Positions 9,480 to 19,859 are shown, numbered from the stretch's first letter. The stretch: DNA of 55,702 nucleotides from Candidatus Fermentibacterota bacterium (GCA_016928395.1 JAFGKV010000324.1:1-55702), one strand, 5' to 3'. The notes: generated by a model not told the origin, from the letters alone. Numbers and translations: made by a program.

Positions 9480-10364
9480 CTGGATGGCATCATTTCGATC
9501 AGGAAACCCCGTGGGCCCACGTCCCACGATGTCGTGCGGGCCGTCAGGCGCCTTGTTCCGGGGACGAAAGTCGGGCACGCCGGTACGCTGGATCCGGCTG
9601 CCGATGGCGTTGTCGTGGTGTGTCTTGGCGCGTACACTCGGCTGGCAGCGCTTTTCCAGGCTACCCCGAAGGAGTACGAAGGGGTCGTGCTTTTCGGCAG
9701 GTCTACCGACACATTAGACCTTCAGGGACGAACCATCCTCCGTTGCTATGTGCCTGAGGATCTGCCTCAGCGCGTTGCCGCGGCTCTTCCCGCATTTTGC
9801 GGCGGCTACCTGCAGGAGGTACCTCGGTACTCGGCCGCGAAGCATGGTGGCGTTGCGTTTCACCGTCTCGTACGGAAAGGCATGGAGACTCCCCTCCGTC
9901 GCAAGTGGGTGGAGCTTCACAGGGCAGAGGTGTTGCCGGACTGCAGATCTCGCCGCCGGATTCGGTTCAAGCTGGTGACTGGCTCAGGTTTCTATGTGCG
10001 GGCGTGGGCCAAGGATCTGGGAGATGCCCTGGGTATCCCAGCTCTCCTGGCGCGGTTGACGCGAACACGCGTTGGCTCCTACCGAATGGAGACCTCGGTG
10101 GCGTTGGAGGAGCTGGAGAGAGGCTCTCTAGCGCGTCACATTCTCAGGGACGCGGCCGCGATCCCATGGGTGCCCGTCGTGAATGCCGATGACGATGCCT
10201 TTGACCGGCTGTGCCATGGGCAGGCTCAGGAGCTGCCAGGGGAGCGCTGCGGTGAGACCGCAGCCGTGGTGAATGAGAGTGGGTGCCTGGGCTTGATCGC
10301 ACACGCGCAGGGCTCGGTCCTTCAGCCGTGGATTGTGCTCAAAACCACAGGCCTTGCCCCATGA
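9480..10364 (+). CDS. truB: tRNA pseudouridine(55) synthase TruB
   Basis: (L)DGIISIRKPRGPTSHDVV N-terminus, GHAGTLDP, KEY, YSAAK, GFYVR and LTRTRVG. Probable CTG start at 9480 with GAGGA SD. Confidence 0.93.
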   Translation: MDGIISIRKPRGPTSHDVVRAVRRLVPGTKVGHAGTLDPAADGVVVVCLGAYTRLAALFQATPKEYEGVVLFGRSTDTLDLQGRTILRCYVPEDLPQRVAAALPAFCGGYLQEVPRYSAAKHGGVAFHRLVRKGMETPLRRKWVELHRAEVLPDCRSRRRIRFKLVTGSGFYVRAWAKDLGDALGIPALLARLTRTRVGSYRMETSVALEELERGSLARHILRDAAAIPWVPVVNADDDAFDRLCHGQAQELPGERCGETAAVVNESGCLGLIAHAQGSVLQPWIVLKTTGLAP

Positions 10365-11311
10365 CGGGATGTGCGGTGTCGGTGGGGGTGTTTGACGGGG
10401 TGCACAGGGGGCACCAGGAGATTATTCGGCTTCTGGCGGGCCAGGCTGCACGACGGTCGATTCCTTCCGTGGTGCTGACCTTTGATCCTCATCCCCGGCC
10501 CGAGGCTATCGCACAGGAGGGCGGCTTGCTCCTCTCTCCGGATGAGCGAGGGGCGCTGCTGCGGGCGCTGGGAGTGCAGTGGGTAGTGGTGTTGAGGTTC
10601 ACCGAGAGTATCAAGACCATGCCGGCGGAGAGGTTTTTTCACGAGGTGTTGCTTGCCAGGTTGGGTGCACGGGTCGTTATTGTCGGGCCGACGCACCATT
10701 TTGGCTATGGTGGCACCGGGGAGGCGACCCTGCTACGGCGTCTGGGAGCTGCTGCAGGCGTGGACGTTGTGATCGCACCGGAGACCGCCTCGAATGGGCT
10801 GACCATCAGCTCCCGGCGGATTCGATCCTACCTGGCGGCCGGCAGGGTTGTAGAGGCTGCCGACGGGTTGGGGCGACCCTATCGGCTTGATGGGACGGTT
10901 GTCAGGGGATCGGGGATCGGAAGGGAGTTGGGATTTCCCACGGCGAATCTGGAAGCAGCCTCGGGCCGCATTATTCCCGGCGATGGGGTGTACGGGTGTG
11001 TCGCACACCTGGATGAGGGGAGATTTCCGGCCGTGGTGAACATCGGCTTTGCACCGACGATCCGTGGATTGAGGCCGAAGCAGCGACGGGTCGAGGTTCA
11101 TCTCATCGATCATGATGCCGTGCTGTATAGCAGGAGCATCGGTATCAGTTTTTTCGTTCGTATCCGTGAGGAACGGCGTTTCGTGGGCGCTGAGGATTTG
11201 CGCCAGCAGATCGCCGAAGATGTGGGTCGTATCCGCACCCTGACGAACGCGGGAGCGGATCAGAGTTTTGGGAACACCGCGGGGAACAACGACCCTTTCC
11301 CGTTCAGGTGA
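10361..11311 (+). CDS. ribF: Bifunctional riboflavin kinase/FAD synthetase
   Basis: GVFDGVHRGH, TFDPHP, ISSRRIR, GRELGFPTAN and EVHLID; ATGA overlap with truB. Confidence 0.96.
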   Translation: MTGCAVSVGVFDGVHRGHQEIIRLLAGQAARRSIPSVVLTFDPHPRPEAIAQEGGLLLSPDERGALLRALGVQWVVVLRFTESIKTMPAERFFHEVLLARLGARVVIVGPTHHFGYGGTGEATLLRRLGAAAGVDVVIAPETASNGLTISSRRIRSYLAAGRVVEAADGLGRPYRLDGTVVRGSGIGRELGFPTANLEAASGRIIPGDGVYGCVAHLDEGRFPAVVNIGFAPTIRGLRPKQRRVEVHLIDHDAVLYSRSIGISFFVRIREERRFVGAEDLRQQIAEDVGRIRTLTNAGADQSFGNTAGNNDPFPFR

Positions 11312-11326
11312 TGTGGAGGATTTGCC

Positions 11327-11596
11327 ATGCCGTTGGATCCGTCTCGCAAGCGGGAGATCATCGGGAAGTTCAGGACCCATGAGCAGGACTCCGGTTCGCC
11401 GGAGGTGCAGGTCGCAATGTTGAGCGAGCGTATCAGTTCGCTGACGCAACATCTGATTCTGCACAAGAAAGACAATCACAGCCGAAGGGGGCTCATCAAA
11501 CTGGTCGCCCAGCGACGCCGGTTGCTGGATTACCTCAAATGGAAGGACATCACACGCTATCGCGCCATTATTGCCGAGCTCGGCCTGCGGCGGTAG
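11327..11596 (+). CDS. rpsO: 30S ribosomal protein S15
   Basis: [21 protein letters not shown] and RRRLLDYL. Confidence 0.98.
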   Translation: MPLDPSRKREIIGKFRTHEQDSGSPEVQVAMLSERISSLTQHLILHKKDNHSRRGLIKLVAQRRRLLDYLKWKDITRYRAIIAELGLRR

Positions 11597-11605
11597 AGGA
11601 GAATC

Positions 11606-13786
11606 ATGGAAACAGTACGGATTGAGTTGGCGGGACGAGAGCTGTCCATCGAGACCGGGCGCGTCGCCCGCCAGGCGGATGGAGCGGTCATCGTGCGATA
11701 TGGAGAGACCATGATCCTCGTTGCCTGTGTCGCAGCGGACAAGGATGTGGAGAATCAGGATTTCTTTCCTCTCACGGTGGATTATCGTGAAAAGTCATAT
11801 GCCGTCGGGCGGATTCCCGGTGGGTTTTTCAAGCGTGAGGGCAAGCCCAAGGACGCGGAAGTCCTGAGTGCCCGGCTCATCGACAGGCCCATTCGGCCCC
11901 TTTTCGCCGAGGGTTTTCGACGAGAGACGCAGATATACTGCACCGTTCTCTCATCAGACCAGGAGAATCCCGCGGGAATTCTCGGCATCATCGGCGCCTC
12001 GGCAGCGTTGAGCGTCAGTTCGATACCCTTTCTTGGCCCGATTGCGGCAGTGCGCATCGGCATGATCGACGGGGAGTTCGTGCTTAATCCGACCTTCTCG
12101 CAGCAAGAGGAGAGCGCACTGGATCTGGTCGTCGCAGGCTCAAAGGACGCTCTGGTCATGGTCGAGGGTGGAGCTCGGGAGGTGAGCGAGAAGGATCTGG
12201 CGGGTGCTTTGGCGTTCGCCCAGGGTCCGATCAGTGATCTTGTGGCGCTCCAGGAAGAGCTGGTGGCCCGCGTCGGGAAACCCAAGATGAGCGTCGTCGC
12301 GGTCGGTCCTGCTCCCGAACTTAAGGATCGAGTTCTTGCGCTGGCATCCGTGGGCATGCGCGAGGCGATCGCTATACGAGACAAGGCTGCGCGCCGGGCT
12401 TCGTTGGACACCGTGCGTGAGTCTGTACAGACTGCCCTTGAGACTGAGTTCCCCGAATCAGAGCGGCTCATCGCCCAGATTCTGGGCGAGTTGGAGTACG
12501 ACATGGTGCGACGAATGATCGTCGAGGATCATGTCCGGTTGGATGGGCGTGGCTCAGATGACATTCGGCCCATCACCTGCGAGATCGGAATCTTGCCGCG
12601 CGTCCACGGCTCGGCGCTCTTCACCCGGGGACAGACCCAGGCGTTGGCGACGGTCACTCTGGGAACCAAGGTCGACGAGCAGAAGATTGAGGACCTGGAG
12701 GGGGAGAGCTACAAGAGCTACATGCTCCATTACAACTTCCCGCCCTACAGTGTGGGAGAGGCACGGCCGAGCCGGGGCCCCGGCCGTCGCGAGATCGGCC
12801 ACGGGATGCTGGCCGAGCGGGCCATCGAGCCGACGATCCCCAGCGAGGACGTGTTTCCTTACACGGTGCGCATCGTGTCCGACATCCTGGAAAGCAATGG
12901 CTCGTCATCCATGGCCACCGTATGTGCGGGATCATTGGCTCTTCTGGATGCCGGCGTACCGGCTCGTGCCGGTACGGCAGGGATTGCCATGGGGCTCATC
13001 AAGGAGGGCGGGCGTTCCGTGATCCTCACCGACATCCTTGGTGATGAGGATCACCTCGGCGATATGGATCTGAAGGTCGCGGGCACTCGTGACGGCATCA
13101 CCGCCTGCCAGATGGACATCAAGATCACCGGCATTGGAGTCGAAGAGATTGCCGAAGCGCTGGACAAGGCGCGCACGGCCAGACTGAAGATCCTCGAGAT
13201 CATGAATGCCACTATCTCCGAACCGCGACCGAAGATGTCGCCCTATGCGCCTCGGATCACCATCTTGAAGGTCAGGGTGTCGAAGATCGGTGAGATTATC
13301 GGCCCGGGTGGCAAGAACATCAGGCAGATCACCGAAGAGACCGGCGCCAAGATCGATATTGAGGATGACGGCCGCGTCATCATCGCTGCAGTGGATGAGG
13401 AGTGCAGCAATAAGGCGCGCGAGTGGATCGAGCGGATCGTCCAGGAGGCCGAAGTCGGGAAGACCTACACCGGCAAGGTGAAGCGTATCACCAATTTCGG
13501 CGCCTATGTTGAGTATCTTCCCGGCAAGGAGGGCCTGGTTCACATCTCCCAACTGGAGCACTACCGTGTCGGCAAAGTCGAAGACGTGGTCCAGGAAGGT
13601 GAAGAGATCACCGTCCAGTGCATCGGAATCGATGAGATGGGCAGGGTCGACCTCAGCAGGAAGGCACTGCTTCCCCGACCCGCGGATGCTCCCGAGGATT
13701 CTCCGCGCCCGGAGCGTCGAGGCCCCAGGCCTGGCGGTGATCGCGGGCGAAGGCCGGGTGGCGATCGCGGTCCCCGGCGCCGATAA
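11606..13786 (+). CDS. pnp: Polyribonucleotide nucleotidyltransferase (PNPase)
   Basis: FFPLTVDY, RLIDRPIRPLF, HGSALFTRGQTQ, ESNGSSSMA and GDMDLKVAGT; KH and S1 domains. Confidence 0.98.
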   Translation: METVRIELAGRELSIETGRVARQADGAVIVRYGETMILVACVAADKDVENQDFFPLTVDYREKSYAVGRIPGGFFKREGKPKDAEVLSARLIDRPIRPLFAEGFRRETQIYCTVLSSDQENPAGILGIIGASAALSVSSIPFLGPIAAVRIGMIDGEFVLNPTFSQQEESALDLVVAGSKDALVMVEGGAREVSEKDLAGALAFAQGPISDLVALQEELVARVGKPKMSVVAVGPAPELKDRVLALASVGMREAIAIRDKAARRASLDTVRESVQTALETEFPESERLIAQILGELEYDMVRRMIVEDHVRLDGRGSDDIRPITCEIGILPRVHGSALFTRGQTQALATVTLGTKVDEQKIEDLEGESYKSYMLHYNFPPYSVGEARPSRGPGRREIGHGMLAERAIEPTIPSEDVFPYTVRIVSDILESNGSSSMATVCAGSLALLDAGVPARAGTAGIAMGLIKEGGRSVILTDILGDEDHLGDMDLKVAGTRDGITACQMDIKITGIGVEEIAEALDKARTARLKILEIMNATISEPRPKMSPYAPRITILKVRVSKIGEIIGPGGKNIRQITEETGAKIDIEDDGRVIIAAVDEECSNKAREWIERIVQEAEVGKTYTGKVKRITNFGAYVEYLPGKEGLVHISQLEHYRVGKVEDVVQEGEEITVQCIGIDEMGRVDLSRKALLPRPADAPEDSPRPERRGPRPGGDRGRRPGGDRGPRRR

Positions 13787-13795
13787 TCGACCGAC

Positions 13796-15094
13796 GTGAC
13801 CGCTACCGGTATCAGCCGAGTCGTACTCGCCAACGGCGTCACAGTCGTCTGCGAGCCGATGGACCACGTTCGAAGCGCTGCCGTGGGTCTTTGGGTTGAA
13901 GCCGGAGGATTGTTCGAGGAGGAGCATGAACACGGTATCGCGCACCTCCTCGAACACCTGGTCTTCAAGGGGACTCGGCGGCGGACGGCCAGAGAATTGG
14001 CCCGTGCGATTGAGGGGCATGGCGGGAATCTCGGTGCGTTCACCGAGAAGGAGTTCTGCTGCTATTATGCCGTTGTGCTCGACGACCATCTTGAGATTGC
14101 GGTGGACGTACTCTGCGACCTGATCCTCAACTACCTCTTTGATGAATCTCAGCTCGCCAAGGAGAAGGGCGTCATCCTTGAAGAGATCAGTGATCTTGAG
14201 GATACCCCCGAGGACCTGGTGCACGACCTCTTGGCCGAGGGCTTGTGGCCCGATCATCCTATCGGCACAGGCCTGCTGGGTAGTCGGGAGTCGGTTGTTG
14301 CCTTCACTGGTGAGGACATTCGTGCCTTCTGGAGGCGTCGCTACGCGCCTTCAACCCTTACCGTGGCCGCGGCGGGCAGTATAGATCCCACCCAGTTGCG
14401 AGGCCTTTTCGAACGGTGGCTGGTGTTCGAAGACAACGGTGCTCCTCGAGGAGCACCGCCGGCTTTGCCGACTTTTCAGCGTCGCACCGTGATCGCCCAG
14501 CGGTCTCTTGCCCAGGTTCATCTCCTCATGGGCGCGCGCACGGCCGGAGCGGTGTCCCAATCGCGTTTTCCACTTCTGGTGTTCAATGCTGCCCTTGGGG
14601 GTGGAATGGGTTCGCGGCTGTTTCAGACCATTCGCGAGACCCACGGCCTGGTGTACTCCGTCTACTCCCAGGTGGCGCAGATGCGGGACACGGGGATGCT
14701 GGGAGTCTACTTGGCCACAGATCCATCGAATCTGGGCGAGGCATCTGCGTTGCTTTCCCATGAACTTGGCGCGGTTTGTGCCGAGGGGATCACGGCCGAG
14801 GAACTGGGCGAGGCGAAGGAACAGATCAAGGGGGCTCTCGTGCTTTCGCAGGAAAGTACATCGGCCAGGATGACCCGGCTGGCCACCCACCAGGCATACT
14901 TCGGCCTCTATATGGACCTTGACGAGACCATCGCGGCTATCGACGCCGTCCGGGGCGAAGAGGTAATCGAGATGGCTCGGAGCCTGTTCTGGCAGCAGGA
15001 ACCAACAGTCGCCTTGGTCGGGCCAGTAGGTGAGGAGCCGTGCTCTCTTCGGGAGGAGCTCACCCGATCCCGAGAGGCTGGCCGGCAGGTCTGA
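13796..15094 (+). CDS. M16 family zinc peptidase
   Basis: GIAHLLEHLVFKGT (HxxEH), GGGMGSRLFQ.IRE; usual position after pnp. Confidence 0.92.
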   Translation: MTATGISRVVLANGVTVVCEPMDHVRSAAVGLWVEAGGLFEEEHEHGIAHLLEHLVFKGTRRRTARELARAIEGHGGNLGAFTEKEFCCYYAVVLDDHLEIAVDVLCDLILNYLFDESQLAKEKGVILEEISDLEDTPEDLVHDLLAEGLWPDHPIGTGLLGSRESVVAFTGEDIRAFWRRRYAPSTLTVAAAGSIDPTQLRGLFERWLVFEDNGAPRGAPPALPTFQRRTVIAQRSLAQVHLLMGARTAGAVSQSRFPLLVFNAALGGGMGSRLFQTIRETHGLVYSVYSQVAQMRDTGMLGVYLATDPSNLGEASALLSHELGAVCAEGITAEELGEAKEQIKGALVLSQESTSARMTRLATHQAYFGLYMDLDETIAAIDAVRGEEVIEMARSLFWQQEPTVALVGPVGEEPCSLREELTRSREAGRQV

Positions 15095-15391
15095 CACTCG
15101 CGCAGTCCGCTGCGTGTGGTGCTCGCTTCGTCCCCGGTTCTCAGCCGTCGGTGATCGGTTACCCGCAGGGTGCGCGCGGAGCCACGCGCTCCCCACCGGG
15201 GCAGTGTCGCGAGGAAATACCGTCGTCGACGATGGCGTGTCTCCTGGGTCGCGGACGTCTGCCGATCCGGTGGTGCTGACGCCCTTGGGGCTTGGGAACG
15301 GACGTGGCCGTTCTGCAGAACCTGCCACGTGCCCGACGGGAGCGGAAATGCCGCTCCGATTTCCCGGCGTCAGTGGAGGGGATTCGGCATA

Positions 15392-16438
15392 ATGCGTTGC
15401 GGCTACCGATTCATTCGCAATACCCAGGCTGGTGACTATCTCGACGACCTGCTGGTTTCCGCCGTGTGCGCCATTCTCAGCATTCGATTCATCCTGCACG
15501 TCACAGGCTACCCCACGGTGGGCGGCGAGCACCTTCATGTCGCCCACCTGCTGTGGGGCGGCCTGCTCATGCTCGTCGCCATCGCGCTGCTGCTCTCCTT
15601 TCTGAGCCGTACGACCGTGCGCCTGGCCGCCATAGTAGGCGGGATTGGTTTCGGCGCCTTCATTGACGAGATAGGCAAGTTCGTCACCCACGACAACGAC
15701 TACTTCTACGAGCCTGCCGCAGCTATCATGTACGCCACTTGTGTGCTCTTCTACCTCACCGGGCGGCTGGTGCTCAGCCGCCGCGACTACTCGGCCACCG
15801 AATACCTGGTGAACGCCCTCAGAGAGACTGAGGAGCTGGCCGTAGAGGATCTTGACCTTGAGGAACATGAGCGCGCGATGCGCCATCTGGAGAGAAGCGA
15901 TCCCCTCCATCCCCTAACCCCAGCGTTGCGGGCGATTGTGGCTGGTGCCCGGCTTTCCCCCCTGAGACAGCCAGGCAGAGCGATGCGGTTTCGAAGGTGG
16001 GTCGCCCGCATGCATCGCAGGGTTGTCGGTCTTCAGGTCTTTCCCACGGTGTTGATCCTCTTTTTCGTAGCCCAATTGGCCGTGAAACTCGGCTATGCCT
16101 TCACTCTGGCATTCCTTTGGGGGGTCGATGAGCGTGTCATCCTCGAAGGGCGTTTGATGAGCCATCTCGCAGGCCGCGTTCATGATCTCAGCTTCGCACA
16201 TACCGCGAAGATCTTCATGGGCTTCGTCGAGGGCATCTTCATTCTCCTGGGTATCGTCCGGATGAGGAGGTCTCGGGTCGAGGCGTTTCGCCTATTCCGT
16301 ACTTCGATCCTCGTGAACATATTCCTCACCCAGGTGTTTGTGTTCGCCGGTCAGCAGTTTGGTGCCCTGACGGGATTGCTGTTCAACCTTTTGGTACTGG
16401 GAGCCCTGAACTACCTCATAGAGAGGGAAGGGGCTTGA
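15392..16438 (+). CDS. Integral membrane protein of unknown function
   Basis: Multiple TM helices, HVAHLLWGGLLM...FIDEIGKFVT.DNDYFY; GGAGG SD. Confidence 0.75.
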   Translation: MRCGYRFIRNTQAGDYLDDLLVSAVCAILSIRFILHVTGYPTVGGEHLHVAHLLWGGLLMLVAIALLLSFLSRTTVRLAAIVGGIGFGAFIDEIGKFVTHDNDYFYEPAAAIMYATCVLFYLTGRLVLSRRDYSATEYLVNALRETEELAVEDLDLEEHERAMRHLERSDPLHPLTPALRAIVAGARLSPLRQPGRAMRFRRWVARMHRRVVGLQVFPTVLILFFVAQLAVKLGYAFTLAFLWGVDERVILEGRLMSHLAGRVHDLSFAHTAKIFMGFVEGIFILLGIVRMRRSRVEAFRLFRTSILVNIFLTQVFVFAGQQFGALTGLLFNLLVLGALNYLIEREGA

Positions 16439-16516
16439 CTCATGGGCCGGATGCTGTACCGTTCCTCGCTTCGACGCGCGGTATCGTTGCGTACGATTGG
16501 ACCACGGAGGATTTAG

Positions 16517-18649
16517 ATGCCTGACTTCAGAATACGAGAGCACCCCGTTTTGGCTATCCCTGAATCCCCACCCGTTCCCTTCTTCTGGCAAGGAAGAGAG
16601 CTCTTTGCCCGCGAAGGAGAGATGATCGCCTCGGCGCTCTTCGCCAACGGGATCCGCGTGTTTGGTCACCACACCAAGGACCGCGCCCCCTTGGGTATCT
16701 TCTGCGCCAACGGTCAATGTGCCCAGTGCTCGGTTATGGCGGATGGCTTGGCAGTGAAGTCGTGTATGGTGCCGGTCAAGCCCGGGATGCGGGTCGAACC
16801 GCTAAGTGACAGGCCTTTGCTGCCTGACGTTCCCTTCGAAATGACGTTTCACCCTATCCAGACGGTGGAGGTTGAGTGCCTTGTGCTGGGGGGCGGCCCC
16901 GCCGGTCTTTCCGCAGCCGTTGAATTGGGAAAGGCCGGCGTCGGCGTACTCATCGTGGACGACAAACACGCCCTGGGCGGCAAGCTCGTGTTGCAGACGC
17001 ACAAGTTTTTCGGGTCCATCGAAGCCTGCCATGCCGGTACTAGAGGCATTGATATTGCAGAACGGCTGGAGAATGAAGTCAGAGGGTTCGAGAGCATCCG
17101 TGTTTGGATGGATTCCGTGGCATTGGCCGTGTTTGCCGATCGCAAAGTCGGCGTCCTCCGCCAGGGACACTATGTAGTGGTTCGCCCCCAGGTTCTCCTG
17201 GTCGCTACCGGAGCTCGAGAGAAGTCGCTGGTGTTCAAGGGCAACACCTTGCCAGGGGTCTACGGCGCCGGTGCATTCCAGACCCTCGTCAACCGGGATC
17301 TCGTGCGGCCTTCGGAGCGTCTGTTCGTCATCGGCGGCGGGAACGTCGGGCTCATCGCCGCGTACCATGCCCTCCAGGCCGGCATCGAGGTGGTGGGTCT
17401 CTGCGAGGCGCTCCCCGAGTGCGGCGGCTACAAGGTACACAAGGACAAGCTGCACCGCATGGGAGTCCCCATCTACACCTCCCACAGTGTCGTGTCCGCC
17501 AATGGGAGCAAGGAAGTCGAGTCGGTCACCATCGCGCGGCTCGATCCTTCCTGGCGGTCTATACCGGGCACGGAGAGGACGTTTGCCTGCGACACCATTC
17601 TTGTCGCGGTGGGGCTTGACCCCTGCGATGAGTTCCTCAAGAAGGCCAAGGAGTATGGGCTCCCTGTCTACGGTGCCGGTGATGCCGAGGAGATCGCTGA
17701 AGCCTCCGCGGCGATGTTCACCGGGAAGATCCGGGGACTTCAGATTGCGAAGGCGCTGGGGCGCGATGTCGGTGAAGTGCCGCCCGAGTGGCACAAGACC
17801 GCCGAGGTTCTCAAGTCTCGGCCTGGGGCAACGGTGACCGAGGAGATACCGTCGGAGCGCAGCGGGGTGTTTCCCGTGTTCCACTGCAGCCAGGAAATCC
17901 CGTGCAATCCCTGTACGTCCATATGCCCGCAGCACGCGATCCGTATTGAGGGCGACGAGATTCTGGGGTTGCCAACCTTTGTCAGGGACGGCTGCATCGG
18001 TTGTGAGCAGTGCGTTGCCATCTGTCCAGGGCTGGCGGTGACGCTGGTTGACTACCGCAAAGGCGCCGACGAGGCCACCGTGACCATACCCTTCGAGTTC
18101 ACTCGACAGCGGATAAAGGAGGGCGACACAGTGACGGTGCTGGACACCGATGGCAATGTTCTGGGCAATGTGCCCGTCACCAAGGTACGTGAACCGAAAT
18201 TCGCAGATCACGCGCTCATGGTTCAGGTGAAAGCCCCCGCTGAGTTCGCGACCCTCATTGCCGGCATCAGAGTACAGGAGCCCTGGGTCGGCGAACCCCT
18301 GGAAGAGATGATCGAACGCATTGAGGATGACGAGATCGTGTGCCGCTGTGAGCGAGTCACGGCGGGAGAAATCCGTTCGCTGATCCGGACAGGCCTGCGC
18401 GACCTGAACGAGTTAAAAGGCCTGACGCGCGCTGGCATGGGTGCCTGCGGCGGCAAGACATGCCCCAACCTCATGAAGCGATTGTTCCGGGAGGAGGGCG
18501 TGGCCCTGGCGGAGGTGACAGACCTGACCCAGCGTCCGCTCATCATGGAAGTTCCCCTAGGGGCATTCGCCGGCGTCGTCACGGGCACCGGTCCGGTGAG
18601 GGATGTGCCGCCGATCCACACGGTCGCCGCCCACGAAGGAGGGGTTTGA
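16517..18649 (+). CDS. FAD/Fe-S oxidoreductase large subunit (sarcosine oxidase alpha / proline dehydrogenase-like) with 2Fe-2S, Rossmann, 2x4Fe-4S and BFD-like domains
   Basis: CANGQCAQC...SC, GGGPAG, ATGARE, GGGNVG, CNPCTSICP, CIGCEQCVAICP and CRCE...GMGACGGKTC. Confidence 0.88.
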   Translation: MPDFRIREHPVLAIPESPPVPFFWQGRELFAREGEMIASALFANGIRVFGHHTKDRAPLGIFCANGQCAQCSVMADGLAVKSCMVPVKPGMRVEPLSDRPLLPDVPFEMTFHPIQTVEVECLVLGGGPAGLSAAVELGKAGVGVLIVDDKHALGGKLVLQTHKFFGSIEACHAGTRGIDIAERLENEVRGFESIRVWMDSVALAVFADRKVGVLRQGHYVVVRPQVLLVATGAREKSLVFKGNTLPGVYGAGAFQTLVNRDLVRPSERLFVIGGGNVGLIAAYHALQAGIEVVGLCEALPECGGYKVHKDKLHRMGVPIYTSHSVVSANGSKEVESVTIARLDPSWRSIPGTERTFACDTILVAVGLDPCDEFLKKAKEYGLPVYGAGDAEEIAEASAAMFTGKIRGLQIAKALGRDVGEVPPEWHKTAEVLKSRPGATVTEEIPSERSGVFPVFHCSQEIPCNPCTSICPQHAIRIEGDEILGLPTFVRDGCIGCEQCVAICPGLAVTLVDYRKGADEATVTIPFEFTRQRIKEGDTVTVLDTDGNVLGNVPVTKVREPKFADHALMVQVKAPAEFATLIAGIRVQEPWVGEPLEEMIERIEDDEIVCRCERVTAGEIRSLIRTGLRDLNELKGLTRAGMGACGGKTCPNLMKRLFREEGVALAEVTDLTQRPLIMEVPLGAFAGVVTGTGPVRDVPPIHTVAAHEGGV

Positions 18650-19806
18650 TGGCCACCACGGTGTACGATGCCATCGTGGTCGGCGCTGGTTCGGTGGGTA
18701 TGCCAGCGGCGCTATCGATGGCGGAGAGGGGCCTGAAGGTGCTGGTCATCGACCAATTCGCCAGTCCCGGGCAGGGAAGCAACAAGTGCGCCATTGGCGG
18801 CATCCGGGCGACCCACTCGGCGCCCGCCAAGATCATGCTCTGCCTTGAGTCGCTTCGTATTTTCTCTACATGGGAACAGATCCATGGGGACAAGATCGAG
18901 TGGGTCCAGGGTGGCTACTGCTTCGTGGCATACCGCGAGCGCGAGGAACAGGTGCTTAAGGGGCTACTGACGACGCAGAAGGCCTACGGCCTCGATATCG
19001 ACTGGTATGATGCGGCTGCCCTAGTGAAGATCATTCCCGGGTTGAGCCTGCACGGACTGCGGGGGGGTACATTTTCGCCGGGAGACGGCTCGGCATCACC
19101 AATGCTCTCATGCCTTGCTTTTTACCGTCGTGCCAAGCAGGCAGGCGTGGAGTTCCGATTCGGGGAGCGAGTGACTGGCATCATGCAGCGCAAGGGTAAG
19201 GTCATCGGCGTCCGCACCGACAAGGGGGGCTATGCCAGCGACACCATGGTCAATGCCGCAGGAGCGTGGGCTCGTTCAGTTGCCCAGGCCGGAGCGTTGG
19301 ACGTGCCGGTCCACCCCGACAGCCATGAAGCGGGCGTCACTGAGCCAGTGGCGCAATTCCTGCAGCCCATGGTGGTGGATATCCGGCCTGCACCCGGCTC
19401 GCACAACTACTACTTCTTCCAGCATGCACCAGGACCGATCATCTTCTGCATCACGCCCGATCCCCCTGTTGTGGGCACCGACCGCCGGGAGACTTCGACA
19501 TTCCTGCCCATGGTGGCGCGACGCATGGTTGACCTCATGCCGATCTTGGCGAATCTGAAGGTGCGGCGGACCTGGCGGGGTCTCTACCCCATGACGCCGG
19601 ATGGTTCGCCCATCGTGGGGAAATCAAAGATTCTGGAAGGCTACGTGCATGCAGAGGGCATGTGTGGGCAGGGGTACATGCTGGGGCCAGGAGTAGGCGC
19701 CCTGGTGGCACGAATCGTCACCGGTCACACGGTAGACGGTGATACGGGCGTGCTGTCAGAGTTGTCCCCGGCCCGCACGTTCGGGGGAGGCGAAGCACTG
19801 AAGTAG
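18649..19806 (+). CDS. FAD-dependent DAO-family oxidoreductase (sarcosine oxidase beta / proline dehydrogenase catalytic subunit-like)
   Basis: VGAGSVG, NAAGAW, RTWRGLYPMTPDGSPIVG and GQGYMLGP; TGATG overlap with the large subunit. Confidence 0.88.
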   Translation: MATTVYDAIVVGAGSVGMPAALSMAERGLKVLVIDQFASPGQGSNKCAIGGIRATHSAPAKIMLCLESLRIFSTWEQIHGDKIEWVQGGYCFVAYREREEQVLKGLLTTQKAYGLDIDWYDAAALVKIIPGLSLHGLRGGTFSPGDGSASPMLSCLAFYRRAKQAGVEFRFGERVTGIMQRKGKVIGVRTDKGGYASDTMVNAAGAWARSVAQAGALDVPVHPDSHEAGVTEPVAQFLQPMVVDIRPAPGSHNYYFFQHAPGPIIFCITPDPPVVGTDRRETSTFLPMVARRMVDLMPILANLKVRRTWRGLYPMTPDGSPIVGKSKILEGYVHAEGMCGQGYMLGPGVGALVARIVTGHTVDGDTGVLSELSPARTFGGGEALK

Positions 19807-19859
19807 GCTTCGCGCCGGGCCGCGTTTCGGGTTGGATGAACGTGAGCCTGCGGGTGCGC

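Noticed and set aside
13720-13783. Repeated GGDRG units at the end of pnp
   Set aside because: Ordinary low-complexity tail common in PNPases
12932-15910. Long antisense ORFs (441 and 519 aa) and similar shadows such as 16802-18211
   Set aside because: They lie opposite well-supported genes, lack motifs, and are expected in GC-rich DNA
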